A stretch of DNA of 64,000 nucleotides from Felis catus (GCF_018350175.1 NC_058368.1:169138001-169202000), one strand, 5' to 3'. Positions 39,656-54,062 are shown, numbered from the stretch's first letter. The notes: a model not told the origin generated them from the letters alone. A program made the numbers and translations.

Positions 39656-39946
39656 TATTCAGATTCACAGACCCAGATGACTTAATAAAGGAAAAGTCTA
39701 TTTTCTAAATGTAAGCAAAACATTCTCTATTCTGCAGTAAAACCTGGGAAATAATGCAATTAGGCAAACTGGCAGGATGTCTAGCGTGATTTATATACAC
39801 AAACTAGTGGCAATCATTAATCAGGAAATGCTATTAAAGTGATGAAAAACTATTCACCTTTTCCTAAAAGCAATTAAAAAAGCCTTTAATTTTTATCATT
39901 TTGTATCCCACCAACTTATATATAGACATCAGAGTCACTACAATAC

Positions 39947-40058
39947 CTCCATAGCCTGAGCTAAGCGTTCTTCTAGAGCCATGTAGGTGAGGAACTGAGG
40001 ATCCACATAGGAAATAGCTTCAGCAACTCCTAGTCCATCTGCAAAGCCATCAAACAGG
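39947..40058 (-). CDS. PJA2: PJA2 coding exon (probable exon 7), 112 nt
   Basis: Acceptor ttttttccAG|C and donor ATGGAG|GTATTG. Translates (S)[37 protein letters not shown]. Not in the ORF track; read directly. Confidence 0.97.
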
Positions 40059-41799
40059 CTGGAAAAAAAAAATACAACCACGATTAGGGAAATCTTTATG
40101 GTGAAGACATAAGTATATTAGCATCCTGATAAACCAATAAATATATTATAAGCAGAAAACCTTAAAATATTTTAACATAAATCTTATGTGGTGAGAGGCA
40201 GGATGAACCCAACAGAAAAATGAAATACTAAGCATAAGGAGCTAAGACACCACTACCTCTCCTAATAAGCTGTCACAATCACACACAAAATTTGTGGGAA
40301 AATTCTTTTTATGTTTCTAGTTCTTAGTTCCAACTCGGGTGATTGCTTAAGGCTGGTATAAAGGTAGTATTTTTCTCCCCAATTCTGTCTCACATACTTT
40401 GTTTGTTTGAGTTTCCAACCTAAATTTAGAGGAGAACATGGTAAAGACAATTACTGCATTTATTTCAATTCTATCATTAGACAAAGCCTGTTTTCCTTCT
40501 CTTACCTTGTACTGCTTAATTATTTTGGGCTTAAAAATATTTTATTTTCTCAAATCTTTCTCCTTAATCTCTCTTCTATTCTTCTGAGAAAGAGGCCTCC
40601 TCCATTATTATTCAGATTGAAAAATACCTCTTGACTGCTCATTTTTATTGTTTCTTTTTACTAAAGGATTTCAATCCCCTTGAAGAAAACATTGTATTTT
40701 ATTCTGGTCCCAATCTCCTTCCTCCACCCCTAGACATACGCAGATTCCTCCTTTTCCAGTAGTTTTGGAGATACCCATTTCAAAATTCAGGAACCCTAAA
40801 TAACTCCTCAGTCCTCTTCTTTCTAATCTTGCCTCCTTGGCAATGACATTCAAGTCCACTTCTTCAGTTATCTAAACCTCCACCTAATTCCAAACTCCCT
40901 CTTGAGCTCCTGACCTACATTTTTAGTTTTCTATGGGGCAGTTTACCTCATTTAACACCCACCACCTCAAATCTAGTATCTCCAAAACTGAGCTTATTAT
41001 GTCTACCTAAAGGCAACCTTCTGTTGACTTCTACAGTCCTATCAGAAGTTGAATATAGTCAGGAACATCCAGTTACACAAACCAATTCAAAATAATTTTG
41101 ATGTCAACTTTTGTGCCATCGTTAAAATTATAAATCTACTGCCAAGAAATACAAAAGTGTTATTATGAAGATAATAGCTTAGTACCATCTAAAAATCAGC
41201 AGACATCACATAGTACAAAGAAACATCCTTATACCATCACAGATTTTAAAATTAGAATTTAAACCACAAATTAGCAAATCCAACCTCCCCTGCGACACTA
41301 GAACCCCTTCACCTAGCAGTGAGACACAAGGCAAGGAAGGAGAGCCCTGGAGCCGGTAACACAGGGATTTACCTCTCCATTGAACTGAGTCAGAGTCAGA
41401 CAACGTGAAAATTTTATCTAACTGCTTTTTCAGCTATAAAACAAATGAAATGAGTTGATGCACACACGCGCCTGGCACAGAGCTGGCACCACGGTCGTGG
41501 CATCCAGGAACCAGCAGGACTCCATGTGGAAGAAACACTGCTCTCTGGGGTGGTACATGCTGTGCGGAAGAGCTCTATCAGAAGTATGAAGCTCGTGTGA
41601 AGTTAAGTGCTCTAGTTCTGCCTGCTGAAGCAGCGAAAACTATGTTCCCTTTTCCTTTGCAGAAAACTCCTTCAAACGGTTAGAGCCAACTATCTCCGAA
41701 TTCTTTTCTTCTCCAGACTAAACAAATATAGACATTCAAAGAATATTATCTGCCTGTAATTTGGTCACTGCAAAATAATCAGCTAACATTAAAAATTCT

Positions 41800-42630
41800 A
41801 GCATCATTCATCTGGCAATCACATGGTAGTAAGTGTTTGAGACAAAAATCACTAATGATACTAAAACCAGTGGATGGAAGTTTGATAGTTTGAGAAGAAA
41901 CAGGTTATTTAACGTGGTCGCAAAATATCTTCCCACTAAATGCCTATTATTTGTTTTAAAAAATGGCAACAGTACAGTGAAGAAATCTGAAAGATATCCC
42001 CTCAAGCAAATGATCGCAATTAACATCACAGAAATGGGACAATTTGGCATCACGTGTCTTCTGATATGGACTAAGAAAAATAAAACATCGTTTCTGTGGC
42101 GTTCCTGCTAAAAATCTTTTAACTTGAATCTAATCATGACATCAGGAAAATCTACACTAAGAACCATTCTAAAAAACAAATGGCCTATACTTTTTAAAAA
42201 TGTCAAGGTTATGCAAAACAAAAACCGAGAAATGTTCCAGATTAAAAGTGACTCACGAAACATGTTAACCAAGTACAATGAGTAGCCTTGAACTGGACTA
42301 GAAAAAAATTTCTCTGGTGACATCAGTGGGACAACTATAGACATTTGAATAATGTCCGTAGACTAGATAATAGTACTGTTAACAGTGTTAATTTCCTGAT
42401 TTCGAAAATTTTACTGTGTTATATAAGAAAATGTCCTTGTCCTTAGGGACTTCATGCTAGACTATGGGTAAACAGGCATCTTGTTTGTAACTTACTCATA
42501 AATGTGGGGGGGAAAATACCATAAAATAAATATAGAGAAAGAAAGGAAAGAGTGAATAACAGAAATGTGGTAAATGTCAATATTTGGGGAGTATTAGTGA
42601 AAGATATATGGAAATTCTTTTTAATTTCTA
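41800..42630 (+). mobile_element. Old L1MC/L1ME-type 3' UTR fragment
   Basis: Resembles recalled L1MC 3' end (taacatcac...aaatggcctatactttttaaaaatgtcaaggt...gttaatttcctgattt). Confidence 0.6.
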
Positions 42631-42634
42631 TTAA

Positions 42635-42850
42635 GGGGAGCACCTGGGTGGCTCAGTTGGTTGAGTGTTTGACTTCGGCTCAGGTCATGATCTCATGGCT
42701 CGTGAGTTCGAGCCCAATGTCAGGCTCTGTTGACAGCTCAGAGCCTGGAGTCTGCTTCAGATTCTGTGTCCCTCTCTCTCTCTGCCCCTCCCTCGCTCAT
42801 GCTCTGTCTCTTCCTCTCTCAAGAATAAATAAAACATTAAAAAAAGACAT
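42635..42850 (+). mobile_element. Felid SINE
   Basis: SINE body and tail. Confidence 0.9.
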
Positions 42851-45294
42851 TTTAAATTTCTGTTATTAAGCCATGGTTATAGCCACAGGGAATTAATTTC
42901 TCACAACCTTAATAGGTTAATAAGTATAACCCCAACTTCTTCCAGGAAAATAGAGAGTTAGGTAGTTATCAAAAAATAAATATATGGTACAGTTGAGATC
43001 TGTCTAAATCTGAAACTCATGTTTTCTCCACATCAACTCCCACCAGACCATTTTATAAAATATTCTCTGGGTATTCTACAACACTTCTGTGATGTCATCA
43101 AAACAAATAAGTAAACTTTGATAAAGCATTTTTTCCATTTCCTTTTTTTTTTTCCCATTTCCTTTTAAAGAATCAAAAAGCTTTACCTTTTTTTTAAGTT
43201 GTGGTAAAACAAACCAAAAAAAAGTCACATTTTAGCTCTAGATAAGAACTGCTATTTGCCATGACTTTTCCTTTTAGTTGTTAAAATGACGTTACTTTAA
43301 TATGAAAGTCAAATCCTATTTTACTTTATCAATCTGTAGCTACTGCCATATAAATTGACATAGTACCACATAAGCAATAATGAGGTGTTACATACCTACA
43401 TAAAATTCAAAACAGTAACCTTCAAAAAGTTTGTCTTAAAATTAATGCTAAAATGCTTTTTATGTTAAAAACAAAAAACAAAAAACAAACCACTGAAGCT
43501 CCCCAAATTTGGGGACAATCACAAACATCTTTAAAATCTTAACATAACAGATGTATCCAGAAAGATCATCAATGAATTAGAACCTAAAATCAAGTTTTCA
43601 AGTTTAAGTTAAAATTATATTCAAAAAAGACCTCATTATTTCTTCAAATTTTTATATGGAACAACCTTTTTTGAAAGTTATTTAGAAATATATATCAAGA
43701 TCTTAATAAATACCACTTATCTCAGTAATGTCACCTCTATTAATCTGTCCTAAAGAAATAACCTGAAGTACAAAACAAGTTATATGAGGGGAAAGGTTCA
43801 CTGTACTATTTCAATGGGGAAAATGAACAATTAAATTTTAGTGCAACTACAGACTGGAGCATCTACATAATGGAGCTGTAAAACATTATTCTGATAAAAT
43901 TTTGAAAATGTGCAAAAGAAAACATTTCTTCATATTAAACCCTAATTGCCTCCAGACATGCACAGATGATGTTACCTAAATTGACAATTCCGTCATCTGC
44001 TGAGCATTATGAGGAATGACTTTGCATAGTGGAGGCATAAGACATCATCAGCATCACAAGGAGTTCAGAAAGAGGGTAATAGGCAGACATAAGAGAGGTG
44101 GGGGAGAGCTAGTGGTACCAAGATCAGCAAAACTGGGATCTGGTGAGCCACTGCTCTTCCATAAAGTTAGGAAGCCAGAAAATGGGTTTTGGAGGTAGGA
44201 ATGTTTAAGATGGAATTACAAATTGTTTGTGTGGCTGTGATAAAACACCACTTCTACTTCCACAAATGGGCAATGAAAGTGTGCTTCGCACATCTAATTT
44301 GCTCCCCCCTAGGGAGTGAGAATAGGAAACAGTAAGGAGGGTTTCAATGAGATGCTGAGTTTCATATCTGGAACAATTTGGAGAAGCACAAAGAAGTAGC
44401 TAGACACATGGAAAGAGACTCAAAATCATAACTTCTAGAAATCTGCAGAGTGATCAGGTGATATAAATGAGTTTTTCTTTATTTTTCTCTATTTTCTGTA
44501 ATGGAATTTTAGCTGGAAAACCAAAACAAATTCTTAAAAATATTTCTGGGTAGACATGAAAACAAAAGTAGTACCAAGCCATTATTTTCTCCAGAAAAAG
44601 TAACAAGAGATCCGCTGAACCATATATCCTTTCTATATCTCAATAACCAGCTACTTCCAGAGGCCGACTGCATGTTTGAAAGATAAATCTAACTATAAGC
44701 CAAAACAGTTAAATTCTGACCTTTATATCATGAGACCTAACAATTCAATAATCCACTTAATTGTTATATGCTGCTTTTCCCTGAAGCTCATTATTCTTTG
44801 TCAGCATAAAGTAAACTGAATACTTTCAGCATCTCTGGGAAGATATAATTGTCATTTTCCATATTTTGCATACAGAGAAGGATAACTACATTCTTATGAT
44901 TCTTCTGGTTTAATCACATGTTTTGAAATTCCTCAAGTAGTATTTATTAAAGACTCTTCTTTTTTTTTTAAAGGATTATACCAAGTGCTATATTTACCAT
45001 ATAGAGCTAAACTTACAGGTTGGAAACCTCAAACCATGAGTTTATAAATAACCAGGATATAAGGTGGGCTTCAAGAGAGCCAAAGGTCAAAGAGGAAAAG
45101 AGGTCACTGCCTGGAGTAGTAGGAAGGAGTCCATGTAGGAAGTGACATCCAGAATGAGCTCTGAAGGAGAGGAAGACTAACAAGATGGGAAAAAAACACT
45201 TTTGAGAGATCAGAGATTCAGTTTTCATAATTTAGAATCATGAACGAATTCTACTCAGTGAACAATTAACCATGGTAATAACACTGCTACATAC

Positions 45295-45480
45295 CTCCAG
45301 TCCACATCTAAGTCTTCACTCACACTGGAGTCATCCTCAAGGTTATTGTTACCATCCAGCATGAAAGCTTCTGGCTGTGCAAATTCATTGGCAGGCTCAT
45401 TTCCCTCATCACTGCTGCTTTCATTGACTTCATTGTACTGTAACCAAGGAATTTCTCCCTCTTCCAAGGATGTCTGTTCC
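45295..45480 (-). CDS. PJA2: PJA2 coding exon (probable exon 6), 186 nt, phase 2-2
   Basis: Acceptor tgtattAG|G and donor TGGAG|GTATGT. Translates (G)[61 protein letters not shown](S), in frame with the previous exon. Confidence 0.97.
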
Positions 45481-46975
45481 CTAATACAAACATTTTAACG
45501 GAAGAAAAAAAACATTATTTTAGAACACATCATAAAATTGTTCTCTAAAAACAGTTCTAAATATTTAGTGCAAAGAGATTCTTTATTCTTTAAGTTCTAA
45601 ACTCTTGGTACTTACATGATTCTAAAAGTCTGCTTTCTTTAACTGTAAAGTTATTTAAAAGGGAAGCAAATTTGTTATAGGGTCATATGTATGTAGAAAT
45701 AGCTCCCAGTTACATAAGAACCTATTTATTTGATATACAAATTACCTATGCTCCTATGCTTCCTCTTTGTGCAGAAGAAAAATAAGAGAAGTTCATTCTA
45801 GACAACTTTAATTTTAAAACACTGCTCTTGAGTAGTTTCCCTTCACAGTTCAAATAAAATCAAAATTCCTCAGCCTGGCCTACAAATCCCTACATCATAC
45901 ATGCTTTCTCCGTAGCCCTCTTCTCCAACTGTTTCCTCCCACCACTCTTCCCCCTATTTATTCTATTTCCTATAATTCTTTCTACCTGTGGAACACATAG
46001 AGATCACTTCCACCTCGGGGCATTTCCTCTACCTGAAATGTTCTTTCACCAGATTTTTGCTATTCCCTTCTTGATATTCAGGTCAGAGTTAATGGCAGCT
46101 CCTCAGAATGCGTGGTCTTGACAACTCATTTTAAGGAGCTGTCCAGTCACTACCACATAACTGTTTATTTTCATTATAGAAATTACTTCTACTTATCATT
46201 TTCTCACTCGTTTATTGTTAGTCTTTCTCCCACTAGAAAACAATAAGGTCACAGGAACAGGGACAGACAAATGGTACAAGGAAGAGAAAAAAGAAGCATT
46301 TCAAAACACCAGAAAAAATTATTCCATAAATGATATCAGGACAAATGAGTATTCATCTGGATGGAAGGAAGTTAAATCTCTATGTCATTATTTACCCTTT
46401 AACAAATTCCAAATCCATATTTTAAAAATGCATGTGCACCCCACCACCATTTCTAAAACAACGTAAGTACATGATTCTCAAGAATCATGAGAAATTTCTA
46501 CAAAAATCTGTGTCATTGTATGCATGATGCAAAATCTAGAGGCCATAGACAAGATTGTTAACTCATACAACTTACACATTAGAGTTAAAACACCAAAACT
46601 TTGGACACAAAGATCAAATCGAAAATAACTCTTTGTAATACATGAGAAACAAAAGTCAAGGCTTCAATGACTAGACAAAAGGTACTCTATGAATTTATAA
46701 ATAAGACATACTGGTAGCATTTTCTTATTTTTTTTTTTTATTTAACAGAAATAGTATATCAAAAGGAAGTTAAATATGACAGCATAGTTTTGGCAAAGCT
46801 GAATTTTAGTCTGGGTTTTAAGAAGAAAAATAATGTTATACAATAGCTTACATATTTCAAAAGCAGGTCTAATTAGAATTTTATTCATTCTAACGTGCAA
46901 ATTTAACTTTGGAGATAAAAACATTTATGCAAGAGATGTAGATGATATCCACATATAAGAACACATTAAAAAAAA

Positions 46976-47181
46976 TTTTTTTTAATGGTTTTTTATTTTT
47001 GAGAGAGAGAGACAGAGAACAAACAGAGAAAGGGCAGAGAGAGAGAGAGACAGAATCTGAAGTGGGTTCCAGGATCCAAGGTGACAGCACAGAGCCTGAC
47101 GCGGGGCTGGAACTCACCAACTGTGAGATCATGACCTGAGTCGAATCAGACACTTAACTGACTGAGCCACCCAGGCACCCC
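46976..47181 (-). mobile_element. Felid SINE
   Basis: Reverse SINE ending gccacccaggcacccc. Confidence 0.9.
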
Positions 47182-47380
47182 TGAATCAACACATGTTACA
47201 TACACAAAAACTGTAGCTCTCTACACACCTAAACCCATAATTGTTTCTTTAATCTCAGGTCCTAAACAACACCTCAAAATAACAGGATTGTAAGATTTAG
47301 TATCCAGTATCACTTGTCTAGTAAAATCAGAGAAATTAGAATAAAATATGCTTAATTTGTTGAAGGTTTAATATCTACTA

Positions 47381-47415
47381 TACACTTGATCTCAGCCAAA
47401 AGGCCGAGAAGCGAT
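47381..47415 (-). pseudogene. 3'-truncated U2 snRNA retropseudogene (first ~35 nt of U2)
   Basis: Minus strand ATCGCTTCTCGGCCTTTTGGCTGAGATCAAGTGTA matches the U2 5' end with one substitution. Flanked by direct repeat taatatctactata at 47369-47382 and 47416-47429. Confidence 0.93.
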
Positions 47416-49503
47416 TAATATCTACTATATAAAGTGGGTGGATATTTTCCTTTCATGCATCATAATTAGGTCCAGTGAAAAACTGAACCCAAAATGGATT
47501 TAAAATTCAAAATCAAAGTAAAAATTTCTAAGCAACAGTTCTTTGTTTACACCATTATGAGAACACGTGCCATACTGTATTATAACTCTTCTGGTGACTC
47601 ATCTGTGTCCCCTTAGACGGGAGCTTTCCAAAAGCACACACAGTGCTGTCTCTCAACATCGTAGCTTCACCCCTTGTAATAAGTGCCTAGCACACAGTAG
47701 GTACTCTATTTGTGTTGCAAATGTTACCAATAAATCCTTGAAAAACAATCTTTTAAAAAACAAATAATTTGGAGATCAAGCCTGAAATAGCCCTTAGGAA
47801 CTTTTGTTATTTCTGATGTACTCCTACAAAAAAAATGCTCTTCTTTTTCCTATTATACAGATAGCAAATAAGTCAGTTACTACTCTGTACTCAGATATAG
47901 AACATAAAACTCAAATATGTTGGTGAAAATGATTCAGTATAAGAATAAATATTAACTTTTGGGTTTTAATTCAAAGAAGAATAAAACTAAAGAAATTATT
48001 CTGAATATAAATAGTTTACAACATGTCATTAATACTTTTACTATATAAGCAATTCTTGGCTATGTATGTTGCTTAAACATTTGATTCTGTCTATAATGAC
48101 TTCATAATAACAGTTATAGAAATAGAAAATAAGTCACATATGGTATATGCTTTCAACCTATTACATAAAGTTCACATATTCTTACCACTTAACACAAAAT
48201 TTACCAGGCTAGAAGAGTGGCACTGTGCTGGGCCAGAATTGGCTTGATATTACAACAAAACGAATTCTGCTCTTTAAAAAAAAAAAAAAAAAAGATTCTC
48301 AACAATAATGTCAAAAGAACCTTTTATTTTCTGTAGCTAACCAAAGAAACAAATATCCCCATGGGAATGTAAGACTATAATGTAAGTTTAAATGCTTCAA
48401 AAACCTTGGAAATATTTAAAGCAATAGCTCAGTCTTCTTTCTCTCTCCTTATACATACACATTTACACATATACCAGACATACCATGTGTAACAACAAAT
48501 TCACAAAAATTTAGACCTTCAATGTCCTTTCTGAATCATTTTGGTAATTCAAATATTAACAAGATGCCATTATCATGCTACACAGTAATTCATGAGATTT
48601 AAAAAGACATATTATCTAATCATGTCTCCAATGGTCAATTCCAAAAAAGTATTCCAGTAGATGGAAGACGTGGAAGCCTGTGCCTGCCACAACCACCACT
48701 AAAGTCACAGGTATTTCAACTGCGAAGGGAAATTGCCAAGTTGTCCTTTCCTTCTGAGCACTTTCAGCACTGCCTGGAGGAAATCAATGCTGCTGCCCTG
48801 AGAAGAAACTGAAAATGCTTCTTAACTTAGTCCCACAACCTACTCCTAGTAGGTGAAAATCTTAGAAAGCCATCAGCATCATCTAATCTCCTGACTACAG
48901 GCTACACTGTTAACTCAAAGCTTCAGACAAACAGACAGAAGTTCCCTTTACGATATATGATTAAAGATCCATAGTCTTCAATAATAGAAACTAAATTTAA
49001 TAATATGTGAATAGCAATATTAAAATTATCAAAATATACAATAAATTAATATGGAATATTTTAAAGAAATTTTCATTAAAAAGTTTTAGAATATGCTATC
49101 ATATAACCATGCAACATAGAATTTTCTGTGAAATGAAGAAAATGAAAGGCAGACAAATCACCTAAAACCGAGTCGCTTCCTTTAGCTAAATGATAAGCAA
49201 TTTGAGTATCCATTATTTGCAGCACAAAATTTTAGACCTTTGGGTTAATGCCAACATTTTAAAGACCTGAGGCGTTCATAAAATAATCTAGCTATATTAC
49301 AAGAAATTTTATAAAATCCTGGACAGCATGGTTAAGATTCCTAATTAACTAACTGGTATTCGATTAAGCAGTTTTCATTTTATAACTCAAGACACATGTA
49401 AGAAATTGCTAAGCTTTAGGTATAAGCTCATTTTTAATAATTCTAATTGTATAGCAAATGGTTAAGATTTCAAACCCCTATCTTGGAGGTAAAGCAGAAA
49501 GAA

Positions 49504-49930
49504 GGGTACCTGGGTGGTTCAGTTGGTTAAGCATCAGACCTCAGCTCAGGTCATGATCTCATGGGTTCATGTTTCAAGCCCCACATGGGGCTCTGCACTG
49601 ACAGCACAGAGCCTGCTTGGGATTCTGTCTCCCTCTCTCTCTGCCTCTTCCCACCCTCAAAATAAATAAATAAACACAAAATAGTAATGAAAAAAAGTAG
49701 AAAGGAAAGTAACTGAGGGGAGCTTGGGTGGCTGAGTCAGTTGATTCTCCGACTTCCACTCAGGTCATTATCTCACCATTCATAGGTTCGAGCCCTGCAT
49801 CAGGCTCTGTGCTGACAGCTTGGAGCCTGGAGCCGACTTTGGATTCTGTCTCTCCCTCTCTCTCTGCCCCTCCCTCACTTGCACTCTGTCTCTCTCTCTC
49901 TCAAAAATAAACATTAAAAAATTTTTTTTA
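49504..49930 (+). mobile_element. Two tandem felid SINEs (49504-49680 and 49716-49930)
   Basis: Two heads and two A-rich tails. Confidence 0.88.
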
Positions 49931-50749
49931 AATAAAGAAACTGAAATTTTAATTAAGAATCAAAAAAGCCTCAAAGGGAATTACAGCTTATAAAATCAAT
50001 GGTACTCTGGTTCCATGTCATCCAGTCACAAAGATGGAACTCCAGCACCTAATTTGAAGAAATGTTTCCTTATCCTAATAAATTCAGTGTTAACAGGAAG
50101 GGCAAAATATTTATTAAGTTTTTTTAAAAAAAATTTTAAGAGTAGTTACATAAAGAGTTTGTAAAGTTAACAAAACAGTGGCAAAAACTTAAAGAAAAAC
50201 ATGTAGGTGTGATGTATTAATTTAAATTCAAAAACACAAATTTTAAATGGACATTCAATATTGTCCAGTAATTATTCAATGTTTACCTAGTAAGTTTGTT
50301 GTCTACCTCTCTGAAAGCCTATTTCCAAACTTTTCTTCTTTTCTTCAATTTGACAATCTTCCTATCCTCCCCATCCTCAATATCTAGTAACAATGAGGAC
50401 ACTGAAGACACCAGAGACTCCTCTTTTCTTCCCACCAGCAAACCTACAGATTTACCTACACTTGTACCTACCTGCTACCTTCCCACTAATTACACTGCAA
50501 ATCTCACCTCCTAAAGGTTCTCTCTTTGAGATATGGAGCCTAATCCTTATCTTCTCAAGGCCTTCACTTTATCTTTCCTATAATTATTAGTCAGTTATTC
50601 TCCTCTGAACATTCTATAAACAAACAATCACGTGTCCAGTGTAGCAAAGTGAAGACAACATTTTCTTAGGCCCAGCATCTATCTATGGCTCCTTCCTTTT
50701 GTAAAGAGTTAGGTATGATAACTGTCTCTACTCTATTACCTTCAATTCC

Positions 50750-53700
50750 CTTCATTTTTTTAGTTCTTTTCCCCAAATGAAAAAGATAAACAATCGATTT
50801 AAGTTATAAAGTAATTATATTGAATATCCACAAACCCACCACCCAAAGCAGAAACTAGAATATTATCACTGACTAGCATACATCTTGTGCCCCATACCTA
50901 TCCTATCCCTTTGGCTTCACCCCCCCCCCCCAGAAAAAAAGTACTATCTGAATGCTCTTATCATTCCATTGTTTTCTGAAAGTTTTCACTAGTTTGTATA
51001 CTTAAACAAGATATTTAACTTCTTGTTTTTAAACTTTGTGAAACAGAGATCATACACATTATTTTTCTAGAAATGGTTGTTTTCATTCAATATTGTACCT
51101 CTAAGATTCATCCATGTTTTGCATATAAGTGGGGCTCATGCATTCCCACTGCTGTGTAACACTCTCTGTATAAATACACCACTAACTTTTCTCCTGTTAA
51201 GTAATAATCTGGGTAATATCCAGTTCATAGCTTTCATGAAAAATACTGCAACGAACATTCTTGTACACAACTCCTGGGCCACATGGGGAAGTTTCTCCGG
51301 AGTATACACCTAAAAGTGGAACTGCTGATAGTGCACAATGCAAAATGTTAAAATTATTATATCATTTTAGTTAATATGACCTACTTCACATCTCAACAAG
51401 CATTCATATCCTCCAAAACACCTGATATTGTTAAATTTCCTGTTTGTTAATCCAATGGGTAGCTAAAAAATGATACCTCCTTGTGATCTTAATTTACTAA
51501 TGATCTATGTATCTTTTGATATTTTTATTCATTAATATTTCCTCTTCAGTGAATCATGTGCTCAATTTTTTGAACATTTTGCAATTAGACTATCAGTTTT
51601 TCTTCCTGATTTCTAGGAATTCTTTATATCCTGCACATTAACACTCTGTATTCTATAAATACTTTCTACTAGTTTCTTTCCTTTTCATTTTCAGTTCCTC
51701 TTCTTTTATTTTCCCATCATGCCGTGACCATCAAGATCTCCACGACAATGGCTACTGAAATGGTGCTATGAGCAACACCCTTGCCTTGCTCCTGATTTTG
51801 GGGGGTGGGGGGGGAGTTAATGCTTCATTACTAAAAATGATATCTACTGATTTGTTTTGGGAGATACATTTTATCAGGTCAACTGTTCTGATCTTAGTTT
51901 CTGAGTTTTTATCACGATGAGGTCTTGAACATTACTAAGTGATTTTTTTCCTGTATCTACAGAATCTATCATATGAATTTTCTCCTGTATTCTGCTAATG
52001 TGGTGAATTACATTTACAGGTATTCTACATTAAATCACTTTTGCATTTCTGGAATAAACTCAGATGGTAATTGAGTTTTATCTGTAAAGAATATACTTAC
52101 AAATTCAGATTTCCAATAATTCTGTTTGAGATTTTGACATGTATGTTAATGAATGATATAGGTTTATAATTTTCTTCACATACTCTTTCGGTATTAGGGT
52201 TATACTGGCCTTAGAATGATTTGGAGAAATAGTTCTTTTTCTATTATCTTGAAGAGTGAATCCTTGAAAGTTTAGTTTAAGAGAATCTGGCTCTAAAACC
52301 ATCTGGATTAGGTATTTTCTCCACAGTAAGATTTTAAACTACTAATTACATATCTGTAATACGTATAATATTATTCAGGCTTCCTACAAGTTTTGGCGAA
52401 TTCTATTTTTCTAAAAATTTCTCAATTTCTTCTAAGCTTTCAAATTTACTGCTACAAAGTTCATAGTACTATTCTTAGTCTATCCAATCTTTAATGTACT
52501 TGTGGCTGTATACACTTCGTGGTTGTATACACTTCTATATGTCAATATTATCTATTTGTGCCTTGCCTTTATTTTCTTGTTCACTATCCAAGTGGATTGC
52601 CTATTTTTCTTAATCTTTTCAAAGTATCACCTTCTAATTTCTTTGATCCTCTCTATCCTGTTTTCTAACTTACTGAGTTTTGCTCTTATCTTTCCTAATT
52701 CTTATTTTTATTCCCTTATTTTCCTTATTTTAATATTCCTTTTCCATTTTAAGTTAAATGCACGGCTTCTCCATTTTCAAGTTTTCTTCTTTTCTAATGT
52801 ACGTATTTTATAAAGATAAATTTCCCTTTACCAATTTCACTCCAATCCGTCAAATTCTGATTGGTGGCATTCTCAAAACCGGTAAGTTATGAGCATTTTA
52901 GACTTCAATTGTAATTTCTTTTTTGTCTTACTGGTAATTTAGAAGGATGAATAATTTTAAATGCATGGATTTTTAAATTTTTTATATTTTTGCTGGTCTG
53001 TAGGATATTCTTTGAAATGTGTTAACCTGTGCTCTGCAGCCTAGTCCATGCTCAGTTTTTGTGTGTTTGTGTATTCCACAAACTGGACTGTTCATTAAAC
53101 CAGGCTTAAATCAGTTGTTCAAATCTGCTAAAGACAGATGAAGTTCTTATATCCATGAATTACAGGCAGTTGAGAAAAGTATTAAAAAGTTTCCCAAAAT
53201 GATAGTAAATTTGTCAATATTCTCTAGTTTCATTACATTTTGACTTACATATTTTGAGTCTATTTTATTAGATGCATTCAAATTTAAAACTGTTACATTT
53301 TACTGGTAAACTGGACTTACTACATACTGACCCCTCGTTCTCGTCAATAATGAAGTCTACTTTGCTAATGCTAATGTAACTGTTCCGTTTTTGTTTAGTT
53401 TGCATTTGCTTGAAATACCACTGTCTATCCTTTTATTTTCAGTCTGTATACCTATGCTTTAAGTTCAGCTTTTGTAAAACACATTTAACTCAAAAAAATT
53501 CCAACTGATTTGAAGCTTTCATTTTTATAAGCAGAGATTAGGCAATTATATTTATTACAGGACTTGTTCCATATTACTTTTACCCATTTCTTTTTTTTCC
53601 CCGTTTTAATGATTTTTTCTCTTTCTTTACTTTTATTTGGATTGACTGTAAATATCTTTTTCCATGTCTTAATTCCTTTTTTTCCTCCTCTACAGGTCTC

Positions 53701-53750
53701 TAGTACATATACTCTTTATTCTTATGTCAAAAGTTAACTTTGAACCCTCT
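50750..53750 (-). mobile_element. Highly decayed old L1 (L1M-class), interrupting an L2
   Basis: T-rich plus strand with reverse L1 ORF2/3' motifs, e.g. ctaagattcatccatgtt, tattagggttatactggcctt, ctaaaaccatctgg. Confidence 0.65.
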
Positions 53751-53840
53751 CCCAAACAATACAATTCAACTTTGATCTTCCCCCTTTCAACTTAAATACC
53801 ATTGCTGTCCACTGTTTAGTTCTGTCCCCTCACTTTTACT

Positions 53841-54062
53841 TTTTTTTTTAAGTGTATTTATTTTGAGAGAGAGAGAGAAAGAGCAGGGGAGGAGCAGAGA
53901 GAGAAAGAGACAGAGAGAGAGAGAAAGAGAGAGAATCCCAAGCAGGCTATGTGCTGTCAGTGCAGAGCCCAACGAGGGGCTTGATCTTCTGAACCTTGAG
54001 ATCATGACTTGAGTAGAAACCAAGCATTAGACACCCAACCAAACGAGCCACCCAGGCACCCC
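53841..54062 (-). mobile_element. Felid SINE
   Basis: Reverse SINE with (AG)n. Confidence 0.88.
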
